Assembly: GCA_963777665.1 (NCBI GenBank) | Contig: CAVZRJ010000004.1 | Span: forward strand, 71,996 to 135,995 | Reading direction: 5' to 3' | From: an uncultured Acidimicrobiaceae bacterium | Lineage (GTDB): Bacteria > Actinomycetota > Acidimicrobiia > Acidimicrobiales > RAAP-2 | Length of the DNA: 64,000 nucleotides | Part shown: piece after piece, positions 20,521 through 30,119 of the stretch | Layout of the letters: every line of letters begins with the position of its first letter | How positions within the stretch are numbered: the stretch's first letter is position 1 | The notes under the pieces: generated by a model | Database searches by the model: none | What the model was told of the DNA's origin: nothing | What the model saw: only the letters and a program-made list of their open reading frames with translations | Position numbers and translations under genes: made by a program

Positions 20521-23500
20521 ATGGCCTACGCCGAGCTCCACGCGCACTCCAACTTCTCCTTCCTCGACGGGGCCAGCCACCCCGAGGAGCTCGCCGCGGA
20601 GGCGGCCCGGCTCGGCCTCAGCGCCCTGGCCCTCACCGACCACGACGGCTTCTACGGTGTGGTCCGTTTCGCCGGGGCGGCCCGGGCCGTCGGCCTGCCC
20701 ACCGTGTTCGGGGCCGAGCTCACCCTGTCGGGGACGGGCGCCGGCCACCCGCGTACGGGGATGCCCGACCCGGACGGCACCCACCTGGTGGTGCTGGCCC
20801 GCGACCCCGAGGGGTACGCCCGCCTCGGGCGGGTCATCGCCGAGGCCCACCTGGCGGGCGGGGAGAAGGGCAAGCCGCTCCTCACCCTCGACGCCCTGGC
20901 CGACCACCACGGCGGGCACTGGCAGGTCCTCACCGGCTGCCGCAAGGGGGCACTGGCCGCGGCGCTGACCGGGGAGGGCCCGCGCGCCGCGGGCCGCGCC
21001 CTCGACCATCTCGTCGACCGCTTCGGGCGCGACCACGTGGCCGTCGAGCTCTGGGACCACGGCGCACCGCTCGACACCACCCGCAACGACGCCCTGGCCG
21101 TACTGGCCGCCGGACGGGGGGTGGACCCGGTCGCCACCAACAACGTGCACTACGCCACCCCCGCCCGCTTCCCGCTGGCCACCGCCCTGGCCGCCGTGCG
21201 GTCCCGACGGGCACTCGAGGACCTCGAGGGGTGGCTCCCCCCATCGCCCACCGCGTGTCTGCGGGGCGAAGCCGAGCAGACACGCCGGTTCGCCCGGTGG
21301 CCCGGGGCGGTCGAACGGGCGGCCGAGATCGGTGCCGCCTGCGCGTTCGACCTGCGCCTGGTGGCGCCACGGCTCCCCGACTTCCCGGTGCCCGAGGGGC
21401 ACACCGAGCAGACCTGGCTGGTCGAGCTGGTCCGCCGGGGCGCCGCAGACCGCTACGGGCCGCAGGGGGCCGAGCGGGTCCCAGGTGCCTACGCCCGGCT
21501 CGACCACGAGCTCGAGGTCATCGGCGCGCTCGGCTTCGCGGGGTACTTCCTCACCGTCTGGGACATCGTCCGCTTCTGCCGGGAGGAGGACATCCTCTGC
21601 CAGGGCCGGGGATCGGCCGCCACCTCGGCCGTCTGCTACGCCCTCGGCATCACCAACGTGGACGCGGTCTCCCTGGGGCTGCTCTTCGAGCGCTTCCTCT
21701 CCCCCGCCCGCGACGGCCCGCCCGACATCGACGTCGACATCGAGTCCTCGCGGCGCGAGGAGGTCATCCAGTACGTCTACGCCCGCTACGGGCGGCTGCA
21801 CGCCGCCCAGGTGGCCAACGTGATCACCTACCGGTCCCGTTCCGCGCTGCGCGACGTGGGCAAGGCGCTCGGGCACACCGCCGACGAGGTGGACGTCTGG
21901 GCCAAGTCGGTCGAACGGGGTGAGCCCCTCGGTGAGCGGGAGGACCTCCCACCCCTGGTCCAGGAACTGGCCGGCGAGCTCCTCGACTTCCCCCGCCACC
22001 TCGGCATCCATTCGGGCGGCATGGTCATCTGCGACCGTCCGGTGATCGAGGTCTGCCCGGTCGAGTGGGGCCGGATGCCGGGACGCAGCGTGCTCCAGTG
22101 GGACAAGGACGACTGCGCGGCGGCCGGCCTGGTCAAGTTCGACCTGCTCGGCCTCGGCATGCTCACCGCGCTCCACCACATGGTCGACCTGGTGCGCGCC
22201 TTCCATCAGGTGGAGATCGACCTGGCACGACTCGAGCAGGAGCCACGAGGTCTACGACCTGCTGTGCCGGGCCGACACGGTGGGGGTGTTCCAGGTGGAG
22301 TCCCGGGCCCAGATGAACACCCTCCCCCGGGTGCAGCCGCGCTGCTTCTACGACCTGGCCATCGAGGTGGCCCTCATCCGTCCCGGGCCCATCCAGGGCA
22401 ACGCCGTCCACCCCTACATCCGGCGTCGCAACGGGACCGAGCCGGTCACCTACCTCCACCCGCTGCTCCGGCCCTCGCTGGAGCGGACGCTCGGGGTCCC
22501 TCTCTTCCAGGAGCAGCTGATGCAGATCGCCATCGACGTGGCCGGGTTCACCCCGACCGAGGCGGACGAGCTGCGCCAGGCGATGAGCGCCAAGCGCTCC
22601 GGCGAGCGCATGGCCCGCCTGCGCGACCGCCTGTTCACCGGGATGGCCGGCCGCGGCGTGGACGGGGAGGTGGCCGAGCAGGTGTACACCGCGCTCGCCG
22701 CCTTCGCCAGCTTCGGGTTCCCCGAGAGCCACTCGGTGGCCTTCGCCCACCTCGTCTACTCGACCGCCTGGTGCAAGGTGCACTACCCGGCCGCCTTCAC
22801 CGCCGGGTTGCTCAACGCCCAGCCGATGGGGTTCTGGTCCCCCCAGAGCCTGGTCGCCGATGCCAAGCGCCACGGGGTGGTCGTCCGGCGGCCCGACGTC
22901 AACGCGGGGCAGGCCGACGCATCCCTCGAGCCCGAGGAGCCCACCGAGCCGGCGGGGTGCGGGGCCACCGCCGGGGTGGCGCGGTGCGCCTCGGCCTCTC
23001 GTCGGTGCGCGGGGTGGGTGCGGAGACCGCGGCCCGGATCGAGGCGGGTGCCCCCTGGGCCCACATGGAGGACCTGGTGCGCCGCGCCGGGGTGAGCCGC
23101 GCCCAGCTCGAGGCGCTCGCCACTGCCGGCGCCCTCGACGGCCTGGCAGGAGCCGGGGCGGGTGGCGGCCGGCGTCCGGGACGAGGGACCGGACGCCGGT
23201 CCCTCGTCTGGGGGGCGGGCGCGGCGTCCCAGGCCACCGCGGACCGGCTGCCGGGGGTGGTCACCGGAGCAGAGCCGCCACCCCTTCCCGCGCCCACCCC
23301 GTGGGAGGGAGCCTCCGACGACCTCTGGTCACTCGGCATGACCCCGGACACCACGGCCATGGAACTGGCCCGGGGTGGACTGGACCGGCGCGGGGTGCTG
23401 CCGGCCGGCGCCCTGGCCGGCCGGTCGGCCGGGGAGCGGGTCACCGTCGGGGGGGTGGTCACCCACCGCCAGCAACCCGAGAGCGCCCGCGGAGCGGTGT

Positions 23501-23706
23501 TCCTGAACCTCGAGGACGAGACCGGGATGGTCAACATCGTGTGCTCCCGGGGTGCCTGGATCCGGTGGAAGTCGGTGGCCCGGTCCTGCCCGGCGCTCCT
23601 GGTACGGGGTCGGGTCGAACGGTCGGAGGGGTCGATGACCCTGGTCGCCGAGAGATTCGAGCCGCTGCCACTCGGCCCAGTCCCGGCCTCACGAGACTTC
23701 CGCTGA
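20521..23706 (+). CDS. dnaE2: error-prone DNA polymerase III alpha subunit DnaE2, reading frame interrupted twice
   Basis: The PHP N-terminus (YAELHAHSNFSFLDGAS) and the C-terminal OB region are in ORF 20521..23706. The polymerase core (GVFQVESRAQM, LIRPGPIQG, LFQEQLMQIA, GFPESHSVAFA) is in ORF 22280..23095. Frame changes occur near 22243 and ~22950-22980. Confidence 0.85.
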   Translation: MAYAELHAHSNFSFLDGASHPEELAAEAARLGLSALALTDHDGFYGVVRFAGAARAVGLPTVFGAELTLSGTGAGHPRTGMPDPDGTHLVVLARDPEGYARLGRVIAEAHLAGGEKGKPLLTLDALADHHGGHWQVLTGCRKGALAAALTGEGPRAAGRALDHLVDRFGRDHVAVELWDHGAPLDTTRNDALAVLAAGRGVDPVATNNVHYATPARFPLATALAAVRSRRALEDLEGWLPPSPTACLRGEAEQTRRFARWPGAVERAAEIGAACAFDLRLVAPRLPDFPVPEGHTEQTWLVELVRRGAADRYGPQGAERVPGAYARLDHELEVIGALGFAGYFLTVWDIVRFCREEDILCQGRGSAATSAVCYALGITNVDAVSLGLLFERFLSPARDGPPDIDVDIESSRREEVIQYVYARYGRLHAAQVANVITYRSRSALRDVGKALGHTADEVDVWAKSVERGEPLGEREDLPPLVQELAGELLDFPRHLGIHSGGMVICDRPVIEVCPVEWGRMPGRSVLQWDKDDCAAAGLVKFDLLGLGMLTALHHMVDLVRAFHQVEIDLARLEQEPRGLRPAVPGRHGGGVPGGVPGPDEHPPPGAAALLLRPGHRGGPHPSRAHPGQRRPPLHPASQRDRAGHLPPPAAPALAGADARGPSLPGAADADRHRRGRVHPDRGGRAAPGDERQALRRAHGPPARPPVHRDGRPRRGRGGGRAGVHRARRLRQLRVPREPLGGLRPPRLLDRLVQGALPGRLHRRVAQRPADGVLVPPEPGRRCQAPRGGRPAARRQRGAGRRIPRARGAHRAGGVRGHRRGGAVRLGLSSVRGVGAETAARIEAGAPWAHMEDLVRRAGVSRAQLEALATAGALDGLAGAGAGGGRRPGRGTGRRSLVWGAGAASQATADRLPGVVTGAEPPPLPAPTPWEGASDDLWSLGMTPDTTAMELARGGLDRRGVLPAGALAGRSAGERVTVGGVVTHRQQPESARGAVFLNLEDETGMVNIVCSRGAWIRWKSVARSCPALLVRGRVERSEGSMTLVAERFEPLPLGPVPASRDFR

Positions 23707-23991
23707 CGCCGAGGAAAATCTCCTCCCAACGCTTGACTACTATGCGTCACATGGTGAACACTAAGAGTGATGATGCAGTGCCTCCGCAACACCGATGATT
23801 CACATACAGCACGCAGTCATTGACCGACCAGGCGTCCCCGGACGTAGCAAGACCCGTCGTAGCCAGGCGGTGCGGGATCCACGACCCCCGGGATATCCCC
23901 GGGAGCACCAGAACGGACACCCCACACCGACTGAGCCTTCAGTGACCACAATCCACCCCGTGACATCGGCAACAACAGGAGGCAGTGCTCA

Positions 23992-24669
23992 ATGACCGCA
24001 CAGATCGCAGGTCCCAACGCATTCTCCATCGAGCTGGTGATCGCCCTGGTGGCCGTCTCGATGGCCGCCGGCGTGATCGACCTCTTCCGGCACCCGGGAT
24101 GGGCCTGGCGGTCAACCGAGGAGAGCAGGATCGCCTACCTCGTCCTGATCCTCCTCCTTCCGCTGATCGGGCTCGGCATGTACGTCTTCGGGGCCCGGCC
24201 CAAGGTCGTGTCCGTCGCATCGGCGGGGCGGGCGGCGAGCCTCCCATTCGAGCGCTTCGGCGAGGAGTCGGTGCAGAAGCAGCGCCAGGACGGCCGGCCG
24301 CTCGGCACCATCGCCGCACCAGTGGCGCTCGGCAGCTTCGGCGAGATCCGCGGCGAGGGACCGTACCCCTTCGGGGAGCCCGCCTCGCTTCCGGTCGGTG
24401 GCGGCGGCAGCTTCGTGCACACCGGAGGCACCTCCACCCTGCGCTCACCGGTCGGACTGGCCCGCGCCTACCGGCCGCGCCAGCGCGACTCCGTCCCGGG
24501 CGTCGAGCGGGTGGCCGACACCGCCACCGGGAGCACGACCATGACCGTCCCGTCGGGTTGGAAAGCCGACCCGACCGGCCGTCACGAGTTCCGCTACTGG
24601 GACGGAGCGCACTGGACCGAGAACGTCGCCGACGCCGGGCTCCAGGACCGCGACGCCGTGACCGTCTGA
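23992..24669 (+). CDS. membrane protein with PLD-nuclease-N-terminal-like TM hairpin and C-terminal DUF2510-like motif
   Basis: N-terminus VIDLFRHPGW...IAYLVLILLLPLIGLGMYVFGARP. C-terminus GWKADPTGRHEFRYWDGAHWTENV (the DUF2510 pattern GWY.DP.G....RYWDG..WT). Confidence 0.6.
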   Translation: MTAQIAGPNAFSIELVIALVAVSMAAGVIDLFRHPGWAWRSTEESRIAYLVLILLLPLIGLGMYVFGARPKVVSVASAGRAASLPFERFGEESVQKQRQDGRPLGTIAAPVALGSFGEIRGEGPYPFGEPASLPVGGGGSFVHTGGTSTLRSPVGLARAYRPRQRDSVPGVERVADTATGSTTMTVPSGWKADPTGRHEFRYWDGAHWTENVADAGLQDRDAVTV

Positions 24670-24730
24670 CCGGCGACTCCGCCGCACGGCACCCTTTCCC
24701 CTCTACCGGCTGGTCCGTCTGTCCCCCCCG

Positions 24731-25807
24731 TCAGCGTCCCTGGCGGACCAGCCGGCTGAGGCGGGCCACGAGCACCTCGAGGACAGCATCCCCCGGCAGT
24801 GCTGTCGCCCCGCGCAGGTCGAGGTCTGCGTCGGCCAGAAGACGGATGGCCCGGGCGATCCGACCCGGGCCGAGCTTGTGGGCCTGGGCGAGGGCCTTCT
24901 TGGCGGGGAAGGCACTCCTCAGCCCGAGCACCTCGGCGGCCTGCTCCGGCGTGGTCACCCCGGAGCCGTCCAGCCGGAGCATCTGACGGTAGTGCCGGTG
25001 GAGCAGCGAGAGGACCACGAGCGGGTGGGAGTCGCCGGCGGTCAGGATCCGTTGGAGCACGGACAGGGCACGCGCCGTCGCCCCCGCATCGATGGCATCG
25101 GTCAGGTCCCACGGGGCGAGGGCGCCGGCCTCGCCGAGGAACGGCTCGAGGTCGTCGAGGGTGACCGTGGCTCCTGCTCCGTAGGCGGCGGCCAGCGTGT
25201 CGAGCAGCCCGACCAGCCGGCCCATGTCCGATCCCAGGTGGTCCGCGAGCCGGGCCGCCGCCGCGCCGTCGAGCCGGACCGGGCCGCCCTTCAAGTGGTC
25301 GGTCAGCCACTGGGACCGGGCCCTGCCCGTCCCCACCGACGTGTCGAGGACCTCACCCGCGACCCCGACCGCCTTGGACAGGACCGGTGGGACCGCGCCG
25401 CCGCCGCCCACCAGTACCAGGACGGTCGTGGGCAGGGGGTCGGCAACGTACGCGGCGAGGCGCTTGGCGTCCGCGGCGGTGATCTGTCCGGCCTCCCGGA
25501 CCACCACCACCCGCCGCTCCACCAGGAACGCCGGCGTCGTACAGGCGTCGATGACCGCTCCGATGTCGACGGGGTCGACTCCCGGGCCACCGAACTCCTC
25601 GACGGTCATCGACGGGTCACCGTCGCCGACCAGTCGGCCGACCAGCGCGTGGGCGGCCTGTGCCACCAGCCCCGGATCGTCCCCTCGCACCAGGTAGGCA
25701 GCTGCCTCGACTGGCAGAGCACCGCGGATGACGTCACCGGTGTCCGTGCGCTCACGACGCGACCGACGCGACCGCGGCGAGGACGTCGCAGACCTGGCGG
25801 TGGGCAC
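24731..25807 (-). CDS. holA: DNA polymerase III delta subunit (start uncertain)
   Basis: AAYLVRGDDPGLV...TPAFLVERRVVVVREAGQ...VADPLPTTVLVLV...GSDMGRLVGLLDTLAAAYG is the delta-subunit pattern. The only upstream in-frame start I find is GTG 25807, which overlaps the folP 3' end by 56 nt. Confidence 0.65.
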   Translation of the reverse strand: MPTARSATSSPRSRRSRRERTDTGDVIRGALPVEAAAYLVRGDDPGLVAQAAHALVGRLVGDGDPSMTVEEFGGPGVDPVDIGAVIDACTTPAFLVERRVVVVREAGQITAADAKRLAAYVADPLPTTVLVLVGGGGAVPPVLSKAVGVAGEVLDTSVGTGRARSQWLTDHLKGGPVRLDGAAAARLADHLGSDMGRLVGLLDTLAAAYGAGATVTLDDLEPFLGEAGALAPWDLTDAIDAGATARALSVLQRILTAGDSHPLVVLSLLHRHYRQMLRLDGSGVTTPEQAAEVLGLRSAFPAKKALAQAHKLGPGRIARAIRLLADADLDLRGATALPGDAVLEVLVARLSRLVRQGR

Positions 25808-26594
25808 CGACCTCGTGGACCCGGATGATCCGGCAGCCGAGGGCCGCACCGAGTGCGGTTGCGGCCAACGATGCGTCGCGGCGCTCGCCGATCTCGAGCC
25901 CGAGGAGCACGCCGAGGAACGGCTTGTTCGACGCCGACAGCAGCAGGGGGAACCCGAGATCTGCGAGCCGGTCCGAGGCACGCAGCAGGGTCAGCGACTG
26001 CTCGGCCGTCTTGCCGAGGTCGAGGCCCGCGTCGAGCACGACCCGGTCCGCGGTCAGGCCGGCGGCAAGGGCCGAGGAGGCCCGCTCTGTGAGGAAACGG
26101 CAGACCGTCTCGACGACGTCGGCATAGACGGGGGCGGGATCGGGGATCCTCGGTCCGAGACGGATGTGGGTCGCGACCACCGTCGCACCCGCGGCGACGG
26201 CGGCCGGCAGGTAGTCGGGGTCGGAGAACCCGCTGATGTCGTTCCCCACCACCGCTCCGGCTGCATAGGCCTCGCGCGCCACCGAGGCGCGCCAGGTGTC
26301 GACCGACAGCGCGACGTCGAACCGGGCGGCGAGGGCCTCGATGGCCGGGACGACCCGGTCGAGCTCCTCTGCCTCACTCACCTCGGGGCCGGGGCCGGCC
26401 TTGACCCCACCCACGTCGAGCAGGTCGGCCCCCTCCTCGAGCATGCCGGCGGCGCGCCGGACCAGGTCGTCGAGCGCAAAGGTCGCGCCCTTGTCGTAGA
26501 AGGAGTCGGGGGTCCGGTTGAGGATGCCCATGACGAGGGCGCGTTGGCCGATCGGGAGGACCCGCTGTCCGAGGCGGAGGGTCGTGGCGCGCAC
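25752..26594 (-). CDS. folP: dihydropteroate synthase
   Basis: VMGILNRTPDSFYDKG...GADLLDVGGVKAGPG...LSVDTWRASVA...VGNDISGF...LLLSASNKPFLG...IIRVHEV. Confidence 0.85.
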   Translation of the reverse strand: MRATTLRLGQRVLPIGQRALVMGILNRTPDSFYDKGATFALDDLVRRAAGMLEEGADLLDVGGVKAGPGPEVSEAEELDRVVPAIEALAARFDVALSVDTWRASVAREAYAAGAVVGNDISGFSDPDYLPAAVAAGATVVATHIRLGPRIPDPAPVYADVVETVCRFLTERASSALAAGLTADRVVLDAGLDLGKTAEQSLTLLRASDRLADLGFPLLLSASNKPFLGVLLGLEIGERRDASLAATALGAALGCRIIRVHEVGAHRQVCDVLAAVASVAS

Positions 26595-26634
26595 CGGTCC
26601 GACGCTACCGGCCTCTGCCGAGCCGGTGGAGCGG

Positions 26635-27354
26635 TCAGAAGAGCCGGGAGGCCAGGGCCTTGCGGTAGGTCGCGGTGCGAGGGTCCTCGGGCCCGAGCGT
26701 CTCGAGCAGGTCCAGGAATTCCTGATGGGCGTCGGGCTCGTCCCGCGCCCGTTCCAACAGCCCGGTGAGCCTGGTGTCCACGTCGGAGTCTCCGAGGTCG
26801 CCGTGGTGGGCGGCGAGCCGGGCCTCGGCCAGCAGGCGCCTCGTCTCGGGCGTCTCGGGGATCCGCTGCAGCAGCGTCACCGCTTCGTCCGTGGCTCCCC
26901 TGCCGATGAGCAACCCGGCCAGCGCAGCGATGGCCTCGGGGTGATCGGGCTGCAGCTCGAGCGCACGCCCGAGGAGGTCCTCGTCCCCCGCGGCACGGCC
27001 GTCGGACGCCAGCCGGTCGGCCTCGGACGCGGTGGGCACGAGCCCCTCGACGAACGACCGAACCGCCTCCTCGGGCAGGGCGCCGATGAACTGGTCGACG
27101 ACCGCACCGTCCCGCAGGGCGAAGACTGCCGGGATCGACTGGACCTGGAACCCGGCCGAGATCTGCGGGTTCTCGTCCACGTTGACCTTGGCCAGGGCGA
27201 CTGCACCCTCCGTGGCCGCCACCACCCGCTCGAGCATCGGGCCGAGGGTCGTACAGGGCCCGCACCACGGCGCCCAGAGGTCCACCACGACCGGGACCTC
27301 TGAGGAGCGCCGCAGGACCTCCTCCTCGAATGTGGCATCGATGACGTCGACCAT
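26635..27354 (-). CDS. thioredoxin-domain protein with TPR-like C-terminal domain (YbbN/CnoX-like)
   Basis: WAPWCGPC active site followed by a ~130-aa helical repeat region. Confidence 0.8.
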   Translation of the reverse strand: MVDVIDATFEEEVLRRSSEVPVVVDLWAPWCGPCTTLGPMLERVVAATEGAVALAKVNVDENPQISAGFQVQSIPAVFALRDGAVVDQFIGALPEEAVRSFVEGLVPTASEADRLASDGRAAGDEDLLGRALELQPDHPEAIAALAGLLIGRGATDEAVTLLQRIPETPETRRLLAEARLAAHHGDLGDSDVDTRLTGLLERARDEPDAHQEFLDLLETLGPEDPRTATYRKALASRLF

Positions 27355-27431
27355 CCCCCCGACGATATCGGGCGGACCGCAGCGGCCGGCCGTGGCGAGG
27401 AAGGTGCGGGTGGCGCGGGTAGCGTCGGGGC

Positions 27432-28493
27432 ATGGATGTGGTCACGCACGCCGCCGGACCCGAGGTGGAGGGGATCGCACGAGGCCCGGTGAGCGAATGG
27501 ATTGCCGGGGTCGTGCCCGGAGCGCGGCCGCCCTTCTCCTTCGAGCTCATCGCCGGGGGGAGATCCAACCTCACCTACAAGGTCACCGACGCGGCGGGCC
27601 ATGCCGTTGCACTGCGCAGGCCACCGACGAGTCACGTCCTGCCGACCGCCCACGACATGGCACGCGAGCACACGGTCATCACCGCACTCGGCGGTACCGA
27701 CGTCCCGGTGCCCCGCACGCTCGGGCTCTGTACCGACCCGGAGGTCAACGGAGCCCCCTTCTACGTGATGTCGTTCGTCGAGGGCCACATCCTGCGCGAC
27801 GAGGCGTCCGCGGCGGAGCTCGACGAGGGCGCACGAGCCCACGCGAGTGACTCGCTCGTCGACACGTTGGCCGGCCTCCACCGGGTCGACGTGGACGCGG
27901 TCGGCCTCGGGGACTTCGCCCGCCGCGACGGGTACATCGCACGCCAGCTCAAGCGGTGGGAGGGGCAGTTCACCCAGTCCACGGTCGACGGCACCCGCGG
28001 GCCGGCGGTCGTCGACGCGGTGCACGCGCTGCTCGCGGCGCGGATCCCCGAACAGCAGGGGGTCTCGATCGTGCACGGGGACTACCGGCTGGACAACACG
28101 GTCCTCGACGATGCGGGTACCGTGTCGGCCATCCTCGACTGGGAGATCTGCTCCCTCGGCGACCCGCTTGCAGACCTCGGCCTCCTGCTCGTCTACTGGG
28201 CCGAGGACGGCGACCCGATCCAGGCGCTGCTCGGCGTCGCCCCGACCACCCTGCCCGGGTTCGCCACCCGCGCCGAGCTGCTCGACCGCTATGCCGCCGC
28301 GTCCGGACTCGACGTCTCCTCGGTCCCCTACTACCGGGCCTTCGGGTTCTGGAAGCTGGCCTGCATCCTGCAGGGGGTCCACGCCCGCTACGCCGGGGGG
28401 GCTGCCGCCGGCGACCGGAGCGGGGTCGACCGGTTCGCCGACCACGTCGGGAGACTCGGCGAGCTGGCCCTGGCAGAGGTGGAGTCCCTGTGA
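27432..28493 (+). CDS. phosphotransferase (APH/choline-kinase-like) family protein
   Basis: GGRSNLTYKV..., catalytic loop IVHGDYRLDNTVL, DWEICSLGDPLADL. Confidence 0.8.
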   Translation: MDVVTHAAGPEVEGIARGPVSEWIAGVVPGARPPFSFELIAGGRSNLTYKVTDAAGHAVALRRPPTSHVLPTAHDMAREHTVITALGGTDVPVPRTLGLCTDPEVNGAPFYVMSFVEGHILRDEASAAELDEGARAHASDSLVDTLAGLHRVDVDAVGLGDFARRDGYIARQLKRWEGQFTQSTVDGTRGPAVVDAVHALLAARIPEQQGVSIVHGDYRLDNTVLDDAGTVSAILDWEICSLGDPLADLGLLLVYWAEDGDPIQALLGVAPTTLPGFATRAELLDRYAAASGLDVSSVPYYRAFGFWKLACILQGVHARYAGGAAAGDRSGVDRFADHVGRLGELALAEVESL

Positions 28494-29398
28494 GCGGCGC
28501 CGACCCCGCTCCCCTCTACGAGATCGATCCCGGCTGGGGGCGACCGCCCGGTTCCCGGATCGAGCATCCGGTGATGGTCGTCGCCCTCGAAGGCTGGGTC
28601 GACGCCGGGATGGGTGCCACTGCTGCGATCACCCACCTCCTCACCACCTCCCCCACAGCGGTCGTGGCCACCTTCGACACCGAGCCGCTCATCGACCAGC
28701 GGGCCCGACGCCCGATCGCCCGCCTCGAGGACGGGGTGACCACCGAGCTCACCTGGCCGACCATCCGGTTGGTGGCCGGCAAGGACCGGGCGGGTGCGGA
28801 CCTGGTCTACCTGACCGGGCCGGAGCCCGACTTCCGGTGGCGCAGCTTCATCCGTGCGGTGGTCGAGCTGGCGGAGATCCTCGACGTTCGACGGGTGGTC
28901 GGCCTCGGCGCGTTCCCGGCACCGACCCCCCACACCCGGCCGGTGCGGCTGGCCTCCACCGTCCCCCCGAGCTCCGCGGATCTGGCCGGGCGGGTGGGCA
29001 CCGTGCACGGCACCCTGGAGGTGCCGGCCGGTGTGCAGGCCGCCCTCGAGGTGGCCCTCGGCGAGGCCGGGATCCCGGTCATCGGCCTCTGGGCCCGGGT
29101 CCCGCACTACGTCTCGGCCATGCCCTACCCCGAGGCCAGCGCCGCTCTGATCGAAGGCCTCTGCGCGGTCAGCGGGACGGTCCTTGACTCCTCATCGCTG
29201 CGGACCGCCGGGGAGGCCTCGCGGGCCCAGGTCGACGAGCTCATCGGCGCCAACCCCGACCACCTCGAGATGGTCCGCCGGCTCGAGGCGGCGCTCGACT
29301 CCGAAGAGGGCACGTCGCTCGGTACCGACAGCGAGCTGCCCAGCGGGGACGAGATCGCCGCCGAGCTCGAGCAATTCCTCAGAGGCGAAGGGCACTGA
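28490..29398 (+). CDS. PAC2 (proteasome assembly chaperone 2-like) family protein
   Basis: PVMVVALEGWVDAGMGA...DLVYLTGPEPDFRWRSF...VVGLGAFPAPTPHTRP...LWARVPHYV. The GTG start overlaps the preceding stop (GTGA). Confidence 0.75.
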   Translation: MSGADPAPLYEIDPGWGRPPGSRIEHPVMVVALEGWVDAGMGATAAITHLLTTSPTAVVATFDTEPLIDQRARRPIARLEDGVTTELTWPTIRLVAGKDRAGADLVYLTGPEPDFRWRSFIRAVVELAEILDVRRVVGLGAFPAPTPHTRPVRLASTVPPSSADLAGRVGTVHGTLEVPAGVQAALEVALGEAGIPVIGLWARVPHYVSAMPYPEASAALIEGLCAVSGTVLDSSSLRTAGEASRAQVDELIGANPDHLEMVRRLEAALDSEEGTSLGTDSELPSGDEIAAELEQFLRGEGH

Positions 29399-30050
29399 GG
29401 CCGGTCGCGCCCGACCAGGGTCGCCAGACCGGCAGCCCGGTGGACCGGACGTGGGTCAGGTGGGCCGCGAACACGGCCAGCACGACCAGCGAGACGACGA
29501 GCACGGCGACCAGCACGGCCAACACGAGCCATCGACCACGCCCGTCGAAGGACCGGTCGCCCGGAGTCCCGACCCAGGGCGCGTCGGGCGACGCGCCCCG
29601 TGCGGCGGAGCCCCAGGGGGCCACCGACCGGCGCCGTGAGCCGCCGTTGGTCTTGGCCGGCGGAGCGGCGAACACGGGGAGGTCGGTCACGATGCGGTGC
29701 ATCTCCTCCATCGTGGTCGCCTCGGCGAGCTCCCCGAGCCGGACCTGGTAGTCGGCCGGCGAGAGCAGACCCCGGTCGGCGGCCCGGTCGAGAAGGACGC
29801 CGTAGCGGTTGCGGTCCTCGTCGCTGATCCGGGTGTCGACGGCGGCGGCTGCGCCCGCCGACGGCGCCGAGCCGGTCCCGGCTGCCGGTGGGTCGACCCC
29901 GGGAGCCACCGGCGCGCTCGGCACCGGCCGCGGGGTGAGCGGGTGCCGGGGGGCGGGCACGGCTACCAGCGGGCCGACCATGAGCAGCTCTCGAGAGTCC
30001 GTAGTCGCTGCCACGACCCAATTGTGGCGCCACGGTGAGTGGTCACGCAA
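29379..30050 (-). CDS. DUF1707 domain membrane protein (start uncertain)
   Basis: RISDEDRNRYGVLLDRAADRGLLSPADYQVRLGELAEATTMEEMHRIVTDLP plus a C-terminal TM segment (WLVLAVLVAVLVVSLVVLAVFAA). The 3' end overlaps the PAC2 3' end by 20 nt (convergent). Confidence 0.7.
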   Translation of the reverse strand: MRDHSPWRHNWVVAATTDSRELLMVGPLVAVPAPRHPLTPRPVPSAPVAPGVDPPAAGTGSAPSAGAAAAVDTRISDEDRNRYGVLLDRAADRGLLSPADYQVRLGELAEATTMEEMHRIVTDLPVFAAPPAKTNGGSRRRSVAPWGSAARGASPDAPWVGTPGDRSFDGRGRWLVLAVLVAVLVVSLVVLAVFAAHLTHVRSTGLPVWRPWSGATGLSALRL

Positions 30051-30119
30051 CTACTAATCCGACTTTTTCTCTTTTCGGGGTACTCAGCTGCCTCGCGGAC
30101 CCGCTTGCTACCGTGCCGC

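Noticed and set aside
18928-22206. 1092-aa minus-strand ORF, and similar very long ORFs: 2820..4895 (+), 1549..2862 (+), 8651..10141 (+), 16450..18540 (+), 15809..17008 (-), 26877..28445 (-), 30890..32368 (+), 32812..34194 (+).
   Set aside because: All lie antisense or out of frame to genes with clear family motifs. Their translations are Arg/Pro/Gly-rich low-complexity sequence typical of shadow ORFs in high-G+C DNA.
25752-25807. 56-nt overlap between the holA start and the folP end as a possible functional overlap.
   Set aside because: The overlap follows only from choosing the sole upstream GTG. A non-canonical start nearer 25735, or a local indel, is equally likely.
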